DNA of 64,000 bases from Vicinamibacterales bacterium. Its GTDB lineage: Bacteria > Acidobacteriota > Vicinamibacteria > Vicinamibacterales > UBA2999. Numbering within the stretch: the first letter of the stretch is position 1; each line of letters starts with the position of its first letter. Shown here one piece after another: positions 26,131-34,821 of the stretch. Where the stretch lies: the NCBI GenBank assembly GCA_035293405.1, contig DATDOE010000113.1, forward strand, positions 28,263 through 92,262, given 5' to 3'. The position numbers and the translations under genes are program-made. A model generated the notes under the pieces. The model had not been told where the DNA came from. It did not search any database and saw nothing but the letters and a program-made list of their open reading frames with translations.

Positions 26131-27882
26131 CTATGGAACCCCATATGAGGGAATAAAGGTGATCGTGCGTTGTTCGTTGAATGCACGTGTGAAGAGATCG
26201 GTGCGTGCGAAGCCGTCGATGTCGCGGGCCACGGGAAGGCCAAGGAAATACAGGAGCGTGGGCGCCACGTCGACGACCGCGCCGCGCGCCTGCCGCGCCG
26301 GCGCCACGGCCGATCCGTAGGCGATGAGGAAACCGTCGGGCGCGCGCTCATGGGTGCCGGTGAACCGCTCATCGCCCACCGCGCGCTCGAGCAGTCGCTT
26401 GCCGAAGGTCAGCGGCTCCATGCCGAAGCCAGACACGACGAGCAGGAGGTCGTCTTCATCAAGCGTCGCCAGCGCGTCGCCGACGAGCGAATCGACGTAC
26501 GCGTAGTAGTCGTCCAGCACGCGCCCGAACTGTCGGCGCTCCTCGTCGGACACATCACCATAGGCATCGGGCATCGCATAGCGAAGGTAGTAGTGGCCAA
26601 CCGCGTCGAGCCCCGCATACCGCACGGCGAGCAGCCGTACGTGCTCGGCCGGGCCGAGCTGCTGGGCGAGCAGATGATGGAGATGGTCGGCCTCGACCGT
26701 CGAACCGCTTTCACCGGTGCGTGGCAGCAGCTCCAGACGAGCGCGACGCTGGCCAGGCGACTGCACCTGCTCCGCGGCCAGTACTGCACGTGCCACCTCG
26801 TCGAGCCTGGGCGGCGACACGGCCGGCAGCGCATCGAGGACGGCCATGCCGTCGGTCCGGCGATGGAACTGGTCGCTGACGATGAATCCTGCCGGCGAAT
26901 CCGCGGGATGCGTGAGCGGCAGGCCGATGAGACCCGTACGGACGCCGTACCGACTGGCGACACGCCACAACGGCATGGACGCGAGACTCGTGGACGAATA
27001 GGGCTCCTCGATCAGGAGGCCGACACGGATCAAGGCCTGTGAGAACAGGTAGTCGGGCAGCACCTCCAACGCGACATCGCCGTTGAAGGGCCGGTACCGC
27101 GCGGCGCCCCGAACGCCGTGCCGTGACGGCCACGTGCCGGTCATGACCGAGGCCCACACCGGCTCAGGCTGCGTCGGCCGCGTCGTGGCCAGGTGCATCG
27201 ATGCGCCGCGATCGAGCAAACGGCCGAAGTTTGGGAGGCGCCCGGCCGCGACCGCCGGGGAGATCACGTCGAGCGAGGCACCATCGAGGCAGAGGAGCAG
27301 CACGCGTGGTCCGTCAACGGGATCGGCGTCAGCCGGCGCCGCTGCCAGGGCTCTCGCCGGCGGGCGCGCAGCCGGCCCCCTCAACCACACGGGCACGACG
27401 ATCGACCCGATTGTCGCCAGGGTGAACAGGATCGCGACCGTCGCCCGGTGCCGCCGGCGCGCGGCCACCTGAGCGAACCCGAGCAGCAGAAAGACCAGCA
27501 TCGCCGCCGCGAACACCGTCGCCGCGTAGGTAATGGCTGGCATCGCGCGCGGATCGAGTGCGGTGCGCAACCCCGAGGCGTGGAGCCAGGTGACGACGGC
27601 CGCTGTGCCGCTCAGCACGGCCGCGCTCCACGTCAGAAGGCGCAGGCTGATCCAGCCAGGTGACGAGGGCTCGACGATCGCGATCTGACGCAGCACATAC
27701 AACGCATACGACACGACGGCGATGTGGAGGCCGTAAGACAGCATCGCCACCGTGAACACCGGACCAGCGGCATGCGTGGTCAACGCCACCGACGGATTCA
27801 GATGCAGCAGCAGAAGCGTGAGGTACACGGCAGCGAGCAGCCCCGCGAACACCGAGTTGCTGAGCATGCGGAGGTATCTCAT
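26131..27882 (-). CDS. membrane-anchored alkaline phosphatase/phosphodiesterase-superfamily protein
   Basis: About 5 N-terminal TM helices, then 'VLLLCLDGASLDV...TTRPTQPEPVWASVMTGTWPSRHGV' (AlkP-core metal/nucleophile region). Confidence 0.8.
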   Translation of the reverse strand: MRYLRMLSNSVFAGLLAAVYLTLLLLHLNPSVALTTHAAGPVFTVAMLSYGLHIAVVSYALYVLRQIAIVEPSSPGWISLRLLTWSAAVLSGTAAVVTWLHASGLRTALDPRAMPAITYAATVFAAAMLVFLLLGFAQVAARRRHRATVAILFTLATIGSIVVPVWLRGPAARPPARALAAAPADADPVDGPRVLLLCLDGASLDVISPAVAAGRLPNFGRLLDRGASMHLATTRPTQPEPVWASVMTGTWPSRHGVRGAARYRPFNGDVALEVLPDYLFSQALIRVGLLIEEPYSSTSLASMPLWRVASRYGVRTGLIGLPLTHPADSPAGFIVSDQFHRRTDGMAVLDALPAVSPPRLDEVARAVLAAEQVQSPGQRRARLELLPRTGESGSTVEADHLHHLLAQQLGPAEHVRLLAVRYAGLDAVGHYYLRYAMPDAYGDVSDEERRQFGRVLDDYYAYVDSLVGDALATLDEDDLLLVVSGFGMEPLTFGKRLLERAVGDERFTGTHERAPDGFLIAYGSAVAPARQARGAVVDVAPTLLYFLGLPVARDIDGFARTDLFTRAFNEQRTITFIPSYGVP

Positions 27883-27885
27883 GCT

Positions 27886-27966
27886 GGTTCTTGGTTCCTG
27901 GTTGGTGGTTCCTGGAAGATGGTTTGCGTATTTCCTCTACGAACCATGAACCACGAACCACGAACC
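27886..27966. repeat. heptamer-array inverted repeat, GGTTCST flavour
   Basis: Left: ggttctt ggttcct ggttggt ggttcct (27886-27913). Right: acgaacc atgaacc acgaacc acgaacc (27939-27966). Fills the divergent intergenic region. Confidence 0.9.
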
Positions 27967-27985
27967 AACAGGTATACTCACAAGA

Positions 27986-28795
27986 ATGCCCGTCGATGTC
28001 GAGGCAAAGGTCATTCGCAACACGCGCCTCTCCGCTGACTACAACGTCATCGCCCTCGCTGCTCCCGAGATTGCCGCCGCGGTTGCTCCTGGCCAATTCG
28101 TGATGGTCAAGCCGGGCCGCGGCAACGATCCGCTGCTGCGCCGCCCGTTCTCCGTGTTCGAGATCCTGCGCACCAACGGCGGCGTCGAGGGCCTGACACT
28201 GCTCAGCAAGCGCGTCGGCGTGACGACCCGCATGCTGCTTGACGCCGTCGAAGGCGACATCGTGTCCTGCCTGGGCCCATTGGGAAGACCGTTCGTGCCG
28301 GTCGATCCGCCAGAGGAGGCGTGGATAGTGGCGGGAGGCGTGGGGCTCGCTCCGTTTGCGACACTCGCCGAGGCGTTGCGCGAGCGCGGCACACCAACCA
28401 CCTTGTTCTATGGTGCACGGTCGGGACGCGAGCTCTTCTACCTCGATTGGTTTTCGTCCCGCGGTGTCCGGCTGGTACTGGCCACCGAGGATGGAAGCTC
28501 AGGTGAACGCGGGCGTATCACCGTGCCGCTCGAGCGCGCCCTGCAGCAGACAAAGGGCAGCGCCATGATCTACGCCTGCGGTCCTGAACCGATGCTCGAA
28601 GCCGTCGCGCACATCTCAGGCAAGTACGGCCGGCGATCGCAGGTCTCGGTCGAGCGCGTGATGGGATGCGGAATGGGCGGGTGCTATAGCTGCGTCATTC
28701 CGATGAAGGACACCGGGGGCGGCCATCACTACGTCCGTTCGTGCATCGCTGGCCCGGTCTTCAGCGGTACAGATCTGGTATGGGAACATGACTAA
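27986..28795 (+). CDS. pyrK: dihydroorotate dehydrogenase (NAD+) electron-transfer subunit
   Basis: FAD/NAD-binding fold ('RPFSV', 'GGVGLAPF') and a C-terminal 2Fe-2S Cys cluster 'CGMGGCYSCV...VRSCIAGPVF'. Confidence 0.92.
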   Translation: MPVDVEAKVIRNTRLSADYNVIALAAPEIAAAVAPGQFVMVKPGRGNDPLLRRPFSVFEILRTNGGVEGLTLLSKRVGVTTRMLLDAVEGDIVSCLGPLGRPFVPVDPPEEAWIVAGGVGLAPFATLAEALRERGTPTTLFYGARSGRELFYLDWFSSRGVRLVLATEDGSSGERGRITVPLERALQQTKGSAMIYACGPEPMLEAVAHISGKYGRRSQVSVERVMGCGMGGCYSCVIPMKDTGGGHHYVRSCIAGPVFSGTDLVWEHD

Positions 28796-28936
28796 ACTCC
28801 CAACTCCCAATCCCGCTTCGCGCGCGAGCCAACTCCCAAGAAAGACGCAAGAAGGACAATTGGGAATCGGGAATTGGGAGTTGGCCCGGGTTCGGGTTGG
28901 GAGTTGGGAGTTAGATGGGGTTGGGAGTTGGGAATT
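28795..28936. repeat. heptamer-array inverted repeat, GGGAGTT/GGGAATT flavour
   Basis: Left: aactccc aactccc aatcccg ... aactccc. The long right arm is gggaatc gggaatt gggagtt ... gggagtt gggagtt ... gggagtt gggaatt (28862-28936). Confidence 0.9.
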
Positions 28937-28939
28937 GAC

Positions 28940-29878
28940 ATGGATCTCTCGGTAGAGATCGGATCCCTCCGGCTGAATAATCCGCTGATCGCGGCGAGCG
29001 GCTGCTACGGATACGGCGTTGAATACGCAGAGGCCGTCGATCTGTCCTCGCTGGGCGCGATCGTCTCGAAGGGCCTGTTCCTCGAGCCTCGCGAAGGCCA
29101 CCCGCCCGAGCGCATCGTCGAAACGCCGTCGGGGATGCTCAATGCGATCGGCCTGCAAGGCATCGGTGTCCGGCGATACATCAGCGAGAAGCTGCCCGAG
29201 CTGCGCCGCCTCGGCGCGACCAACATCATCAACATCTGCGGCAGCACGCTCGACGAGTACGTGGAGCTGGCCAGGATCCTCTCCGATGAGGAGGGTGTGC
29301 ACGCGCTCGAGCTGAACATCTCGTGCCCCAACATCAAAGAGGGTGGCATCACGTTCGGCTGCAGTCTGCACGGCACCTTCGACGTGGTCAGTGCGGTGAA
29401 GAAGGTCACTCGACTGCCGGTGATTCCCAAGCTGACGCCGAACGTGACCGATGTGGCAGCCATCGCCAAGGCGGCCGAGGAGGCCGGCGCCGATGCGGTC
29501 TCGCTCGTCAACACGTTCCTGGCCATGGCGATCGACGTCGAAACGCGGCGGCCCAGGCTGTCCAACATCGTCGGCGGCCTGAGCGGCCCGGCGATCCGGC
29601 CCATTGCGGTGCGCATGGTGTACGAGTGCCGGCGCGCGGTGAAGATTCCAGTCATCGGCATGGGTGGCATCGCCTGTGCGACCGATGCGCTGGAGTTCAT
29701 GATTGCCGGCGCCGCCGCCGTGCAGGTGGGCACGGCCAACTTCGTTGACCCGTTTATCTGGTCCAAGCTGCTGGACGGCATCCACGACTACATGGAACGG
29801 CATCGCATCACCCGGCTCGCCGACCTGGTTGGTACGATTGACACCACTTCGCGTGACAAGCAGTGGGTAAGCTCCTAG
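28940..29878 (+). CDS. pyrD: dihydroorotate dehydrogenase 1B catalytic subunit
   Basis: The ATG at 28940 gives 'MDLSVEIGSLRLNNPLIAASGCYGYG'. 'LELNISCPN' and 'GGLSGPAIRPIA'. The upstream part of ORF 28874.. is translated repeat. Confidence 0.93.
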   Translation: MDLSVEIGSLRLNNPLIAASGCYGYGVEYAEAVDLSSLGAIVSKGLFLEPREGHPPERIVETPSGMLNAIGLQGIGVRRYISEKLPELRRLGATNIINICGSTLDEYVELARILSDEEGVHALELNISCPNIKEGGITFGCSLHGTFDVVSAVKKVTRLPVIPKLTPNVTDVAAIAKAAEEAGADAVSLVNTFLAMAIDVETRRPRLSNIVGGLSGPAIRPIAVRMVYECRRAVKIPVIGMGGIACATDALEFMIAGAAAVQVGTANFVDPFIWSKLLDGIHDYMERHRITRLADLVGTIDTTSRDKQWVSS

Positions 29879-30576
29879 TCGCGCTCGACGTCGACTCGGG
29901 CGCGCGGGCGCTGGAGCTGGCGACCGAGCTCCGCGGCATCGCCGGCGGGTTCAAGGTCGGCAGCCGGCTGTTCACGCTCGAAGGGCCGGCGCTCGTCAGA
30001 CGGCTCGTCGACGCGGGCGTCAGCGTCTTTCTGGATCTGAAGTATCACGACATCCCGAACACGGTGGCGCAGGCGGTGGACGCCGCCGTGAGCACCGGCG
30101 CCTGGATGGTCAACGTTCACGCATCGGGCGGCGTGCCGATGATGCAGGCCGCGGCGCGCGCGGGCGCCGAGGCCGCCGATCGATTGGGCCGGCCGCGGCC
30201 GATCGTGATCGCGGTAACCGTGCTGACGAGCATGGACGAACCCACGCTGAAGGATCTGGGTGTGCAGCGGCCGCTGCTCGATCAGGTCACGACACTCGCC
30301 CGAATGGCGCAGACCGCGGGACTTGACGGGGTTGTGGCGTCGCCGCAGGAAACCGCCGCAATCCGAGCGGCGTGCGGAGCTGACTTTGCGATCGTGACGC
30401 CCGGGATTCGCGGCGCATCCGCCGCCGCCGACAAGAATGACCAATCGCGGACGATGGGACCGGCTGAGGCCGTCCTGGCCGGCGCGACCTACATCGTCGT
30501 CGGCAGGCCGATTATCGCGGCCGCCAACCCGAAGGCGGCGGCCGCGTCGATTGCCGAGGAATTGGGGGCCGCCTGA
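29863..30576 (+). CDS. pyrF: orotidine 5'-phosphate decarboxylase
   Basis: GTG start. 'LLVALDV', 'VFLDLKYHDIPNTV', 'YIVVGRPI'. Overlaps pyrD by 16 nt. Confidence 0.92.
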   Translation: MGKLLVALDVDSGARALELATELRGIAGGFKVGSRLFTLEGPALVRRLVDAGVSVFLDLKYHDIPNTVAQAVDAAVSTGAWMVNVHASGGVPMMQAAARAGAEAADRLGRPRPIVIAVTVLTSMDEPTLKDLGVQRPLLDQVTTLARMAQTAGLDGVVASPQETAAIRAACGADFAIVTPGIRGASAAADKNDQSRTMGPAEAVLAGATYIVVGRPIIAAANPKAAAASIAEELGAA

Positions 30577-30590
30577 AGGCGGCCCCTACG
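30565..30590. repeat. REP-like hairpin (GGGGCCGCC-tgaa-GGCGGCCCC) + TACG
   Basis: 9-bp perfect stem. The pyrF stop codon TGA sits in the loop. Lies between convergent pyrF and pal. Confidence 0.85.
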
Positions 30591-30592
30591 TG

Positions 30593-31171
30593 TTACTTCG
30601 CGGTGATGATGAAGTGCCCGCGGCGGTTTCTCGCGTAGCACGCCTCGGTCATCTCGGTGCAGAGAGGGCTTTCTTCGCCCTTGCTGATCACCGACATGCG
30701 ATCGGCGGCGATGCCCAGCGTCACGAGGTAGTCCTTCACCACGTTTCCGCGCTTCTCGCCCAGAGCCAGGTTGTATTCGTTCGTGCCGCGAGCGTCCGCG
30801 TGTCCCTCGATGGTGACCCGCGTCGATGACCAGCGGCGGAGCCAGTCCGCGTTCTTCTGCAATCCGGCTCGCTGATCCTCACGGACGGCGGCCTGGTCGT
30901 AGTCGAACATCACGTCGCCCAGCGGCATTTCCGCGTTCAGCTGGTCGAGCGTTTTGCGCGCGAAGGTCTCCTCTTCCGTCAGCGGCTTCGGTGCCGCCGG
31001 TGGAGCAGGCGCGGGAGCGGGCGCTGGTGGAGGTGGAGGCGGCGGAGCAGGCGCCGCTGGAGGCGCTGGCGGAGGCGGTGGAGGCGGCGGGATCTTCTTG
31101 GCGCACGCCGACACCGTCAACACGACCAGTAACACGATCGCGATCAACCAGACGCACCGGCGCAGATTCAT
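30593..31171 (-). CDS. pal: peptidoglycan-associated lipoprotein (OmpA-family C-terminal domain)
   Basis: Lipobox-like 'LTVSAC', an approximately 45-aa Pro/Ala linker, and the OmpA_C region 'VTIEGHADARGTNEYNLALGEKRGNVVKDYL'. Confidence 0.85.
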   Translation of the reverse strand: MNLRRCVWLIAIVLLVVLTVSACAKKIPPPPPPPPAPPAAPAPPPPPPPAPAPAPAPPAAPKPLTEEETFARKTLDQLNAEMPLGDVMFDYDQAAVREDQRAGLQKNADWLRRWSSTRVTIEGHADARGTNEYNLALGEKRGNVVKDYLVTLGIAADRMSVISKGEESPLCTEMTEACYARNRRGHFIITAK

Positions 31172-31244
31172 CGGCACATTCTCCTGCATAGACTTGCCTT
31201 CCGGATACCGGGTCGAGCTTAGCGTCCGATCGATCCCGTGTCAA

Positions 31245-33551
31245 TCAAGGCGCGACAGGATGCACGCGGATCTCGAACAGCCTGAGACCAAGGCGACGGC
31301 GATCCGCAGTACCCTCGGCCTGTCCAGGCATGTAGATCCGATCCGTCTCGATCACGATCGCTCCGCCCCCGTTCCGTACCGCATCGGCGGGCACGGTGAC
31401 ACGTCTCTCGAAATCGGCGTCAGGGCGGAACTCGTCAACGACGCGGCTGTCGGCGCTGACCCGTACTATCGGCGGAACGTCGAAGTACTTCAGGGGCGAT
31501 TCACCACGAAGAGTCACGATCACCGCCTCCGGGGGGGACACCCGAAGCACGGATCGCCCGCTGGTCCAGCGCCACCGGACGCCGGTCACGTTGTCGTATT
31601 CCTCCTCGTGCCACCCTTCTCCGAAGCCGAAAATGAGCGTCCCGGCTGGCTGTATGTCGAACTGACGGATGGCGATCTGCGGCGTGGGACGAGCCGCCGG
31701 CTCGGCCCGCGCGGTGACCGTCAGTCGCGCGTACTCCTCGCTGCCTGGTGGAAGACCCGCCGCAAGATCGGCAAGGCGCAGGAAGCTCGCGCCCCCTGGC
31801 CCCGGGTCAACCTTCCAGGTCTCGATCGCCGTCCCGTCGATCGCAAGCTCGACGATGGCTGGAGGGTCACCGGCGGCGCTGAAATGGCGTCCGCCGATCA
31901 GCAGGTGCAGGGGACCGGATCGGCGCCGCACCCAGGCCTCGATGGGACGGCGATCGACGCCGGTTCCTGAGGCGTGGGCGATGCCGCCGGTTTCCGGGGT
32001 GAGTGCCCACCCCTCTCCCGCGAACCAGCCTGGCCGGTCGAAGCGGTACCAGTCCACGTCCGCAGGCCGCGTGCCGCTCAACTCGGGGCGGTCGACGACG
32101 CTCCAATGGAAGTGCGTCACGTCCCGGCGGCTTTGGGGATCGATCAGCGCAAGATCGGTTCGGCGGGGATCAGCCAGAAACCAGATCGGCGCACGGCCTC
32201 CGCCCCGCCAGTAGTCCACGAGCCCGAGCCACTCGTAGTTCCGGCGCGGCTCGACGACCCGTAGCGATCCGAGGTCAGCAGCCTGCAGCGGCCGGCGCAC
32301 GGCGTAATGAGAGTACACAGCGGCGGGCGGAGCCGCCGTCGCGGAGGTCCGCATCGCATCGATCGCGCGAAACGCGGGATGTGGTTCGCGTCCGTAGGCG
32401 ATGCCCACTGGCACCGCGAGCACGAGGGTGACGAGGACCACGAGACCGTTGATCACCGGCGACAACCGGCCCGCGAGTGACGTGGCACACACCGCGAGCC
32501 ACACCATCGCAGGCAGCGTCGGCACGGCGTATCTCGTGTGAATCGTTTCCTGAAACAGAAGATGGAACACCACGTACGGTGCAAACGCCAGCGTGATCAG
32601 CAGCGCCGCGCGCCGATGCCGAAGGAGCGCCACCACCGCGCCGGCCACTGCCAACCCACCCACGACAATACCCAACACACTCGCATCCCAGGGAAGGACG
32701 AAGGTGTCCCACAACGCAAACACCAGTCGGCGCGGGGTCGGGCTGGTCCACAGCATTCCTGCCCACGCGAAATCTTCGCCGGCCTGCGAACCCAACGCGC
32801 GCAGGTATCCATCCAGGCCACCTGACAGGACAAGCATGGGCACCACCCATGCGACTCCGCCGACAGCCAGAGCCGCCAACGGGCGCGACACCAGCCACCA
32901 CACACCGGCGCGCCGTTCCTCGATCAACGCCAGCACGAGCAGGGGCAGGGTCAGGCAGGCGGTCTGCACGCGAACGCCAGCGGCCAGGCCAGCCACGAGG
33001 GCTCCGGCGACAAGCGACGACCGCTTCGTCGAGCTCCGAAGGATCAGGGCCTGCGCCACCATCGCGATCGCGAGCCCGGGTATGTCGCTCATGGGCCGCG
33101 CGCCTGCGACCCAGAACAACGGGGCCGCTGCAAGGAGCACCGTGGCCCACATCGCCGTCGAACGGAAGCCGGTCATCTGCGCGGCGTCCGACGCGGGCCC
33201 TGCCCGATCGAGCGAGGAGAAAATAGAGAAGGCCGCGAGGAGCGCGATCCCGCCTCCGATCGCAGACCAGATCGCCAGCGCGACGGCTTCGACGCGAATC
33301 ATCCCGAGCGACGGCGCGAGTACCCCGACGACGGCTTTTGAGAGGCGTCCGAGCGCGATGTAGATCGGATATCCCGGCGGGTGCGGCTGATGGCTGGCGA
33401 CGTCGAAGTGGCGAAGACCGAGCGCGAAATTGATCGAGTCGATGTCTTCGAGCGATGGGGCGAGAAACGCGAGGTGCGCCGCGCAATACACAGCGGCGAT
33501 CCCGAGGACCAGGCTCGGGATGCCGGGCTCAGACCGCACGGAGGGGAACAC
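31245..33551 (-). CDS. polytopic ArnT/PMT-like (GT-C, DUF2723-type) glycosyltransferase with large C-terminal soluble domain
   Basis: 'LEDIDSINFALGLRHFDVASHQPHPPGYPIY' in the first loop, more than 10 TM segments, and about 330 aa of non-membrane C-terminus. The exact start is uncertain because it overlaps larE by 23 nt. Confidence 0.7.
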   Translation of the reverse strand: MFPSVRSEPGIPSLVLGIAAVYCAAHLAFLAPSLEDIDSINFALGLRHFDVASHQPHPPGYPIYIALGRLSKAVVGVLAPSLGMIRVEAVALAIWSAIGGGIALLAAFSIFSSLDRAGPASDAAQMTGFRSTAMWATVLLAAAPLFWVAGARPMSDIPGLAIAMVAQALILRSSTKRSSLVAGALVAGLAAGVRVQTACLTLPLLVLALIEERRAGVWWLVSRPLAALAVGGVAWVVPMLVLSGGLDGYLRALGSQAGEDFAWAGMLWTSPTPRRLVFALWDTFVLPWDASVLGIVVGGLAVAGAVVALLRHRRAALLITLAFAPYVVFHLLFQETIHTRYAVPTLPAMVWLAVCATSLAGRLSPVINGLVVLVTLVLAVPVGIAYGREPHPAFRAIDAMRTSATAAPPAAVYSHYAVRRPLQAADLGSLRVVEPRRNYEWLGLVDYWRGGGRAPIWFLADPRRTDLALIDPQSRRDVTHFHWSVVDRPELSGTRPADVDWYRFDRPGWFAGEGWALTPETGGIAHASGTGVDRRPIEAWVRRRSGPLHLLIGGRHFSAAGDPPAIVELAIDGTAIETWKVDPGPGGASFLRLADLAAGLPPGSEEYARLTVTARAEPAARPTPQIAIRQFDIQPAGTLIFGFGEGWHEEEYDNVTGVRWRWTSGRSVLRVSPPEAVIVTLRGESPLKYFDVPPIVRVSADSRVVDEFRPDADFERRVTVPADAVRNGGGAIVIETDRIYMPGQAEGTADRRRLGLRLFEIRVHPVAP

Positions 33552-34416
33552 CTTCGTTCAGGCTGCCCATCCGATACCCCTGTAAATCAATGGTGACGTG
33601 CTGGTACCCGATCGCGCGCAACTCGCGCACGATCTGCTCGCGGATCTCCGGTTCGAGCGCACGCGGCAACTCGTCACGGCCGATCTCGAGGCGGGCCAGC
33701 GCCGTCAGCGGCCCGTTCGAGCCAGATGTTCCCAGATCGTGGTGCCTGACACGGCACACGCGGAATCCGAGAGAGCGAACCGCATCTTCGGCCAGCTCGA
33801 TGATTCGCAACTTCTGCGGTGTCACTTCCGAATGGTAGGGAATGCGCGATGACAGGCACGCTGACGCCGGCTCGTCCCATGTAGGCAGCCCGGCCATGCG
33901 TGACAGCTCGCGGATTTCCTCTTTCGTCAGCCCGGTCTCATCGAGCGGACTGCGGACGCCGAACTCACGCGCCGCCTGCCGGCCGGGGCGATAGTCGCCT
34001 CGATCGTCGGCATTGCTGCCATCAGCAATCACCGCGAAGCCCCGTTCCTCTCCCAGCTTCGTGAGAACGGTATAGAGCTCGTGCTTGCAGTAGTAACAGC
34101 GGTTCGTCGGGTTGGCTCGATACTCGGTGCGATCGAGCTCCGACGTGTGAATGATTTCGTGTCGGAGGCCAAACTCGCGGGCGATGCGAAGCGCGAGCTG
34201 ACGATGATGATCCGGGTAGCTCGGGCTGTCCGCCGTCACGCAGAGAACGGCGGGACCGAGCACTGACGTCGCGGCCCATGCGAGGTACGCGCTGTCGGCG
34301 CCGCCGCTGAACGCCACCAGCAGCGAGTCGTAACCGCCGAGCACGCCCTGCAGCCGTCGCGCTTTTTCCTGCAGACCCGCCTCCACGCCGCCAGGCGGAG
34401 GCGTCGTCTCAATCAA
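33529..34416 (-). CDS. larE: PP-loop ATP-utilising enzyme, LarE-type (TIGR00268) sulfur transferase
   Basis: 'LVAFSGGADSAYLA' PP-loop and 'ASACLSSRIPY' conserved Cys region. The apparent TTG start overlaps the stop of the upstream ORF (TTGA). Confidence 0.8.
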   Translation of the reverse strand: MIETTPPPGGVEAGLQEKARRLQGVLGGYDSLLVAFSGGADSAYLAWAATSVLGPAVLCVTADSPSYPDHHRQLALRIAREFGLRHEIIHTSELDRTEYRANPTNRCYYCKHELYTVLTKLGEERGFAVIADGSNADDRGDYRPGRQAAREFGVRSPLDETGLTKEEIRELSRMAGLPTWDEPASACLSSRIPYHSEVTPQKLRIIELAEDAVRSLGFRVCRVRHHDLGTSGSNGPLTALARLEIGRDELPRALEPEIREQIVRELRAIGYQHVTIDLQGYRMGSLNEGVPLRAV

Positions 34417-34655
34417 TCGTCGAGGTCCTCCTCGTCCTCGACCTCATCCTCGTCATCGAGGTCGTCCTCGTCGTCTTCTTCCTCTTCGTCTTCGAGGTCA
34501 TCGTCATCGAGATCATCGTCGTCGCCGGCGACCTCGACTTCGTCGTTGCTAATCATGACCAGGCTTTTCCCGCACTCCGGACAGCTCAATGTATCCCCCT
34601 CCTCGAAGTCCTCGGTATCAATCTCGTCGAATTCGCACTCAGGGCAGGTCGCCAT
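34413..34655 (-). CDS. LysW-like zinc-ribbon protein with ~45-residue polyacidic tail
   Basis: The ATG at 34655 gives 'MATCPECEFDEIDTEDFEEGDTLSCPECGKSLV' (CxxC...CxxC), followed by an almost pure D/E tail ending 'DEEDLDD'. Translationally coupled to larE. Confidence 0.6.
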   Translation of the reverse strand: MATCPECEFDEIDTEDFEEGDTLSCPECGKSLVMISNDEVEVAGDDDDLDDDDLEDEEEEDDEDDLDDEDEVEDEEDLDD

Positions 34656-34821
34656 ACGGGCTCCATGCAGCGGATCGGCCGCGCTCGAACGTTCCGGGAA
34701 CCGAGCCGCCCCGCCAGCGGACCTGGCACTTCCCGGGCCAAGATTCGAATTATATCGAGCCCCCCCGGATTTGGGCAATGAACCCTACCGCCACTATCCG
34801 CCAGTTCCGATACAGATTTCG

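Noticed and set aside
28616-29803. 395-aa minus-strand ORF across pyrK/pyrD
   Set aside because: It is antisense to two well-supported pyr genes and to the repeat between them ('NSQLPTPSNSQLPT' is translated heptamers).
30954-31970. 338-aa ORF with a poly-Gly/Ala run
   Set aside because: The Gly run is the antisense of the Pal poly-proline linker, and the remainder is antisense to the GT-C gene.
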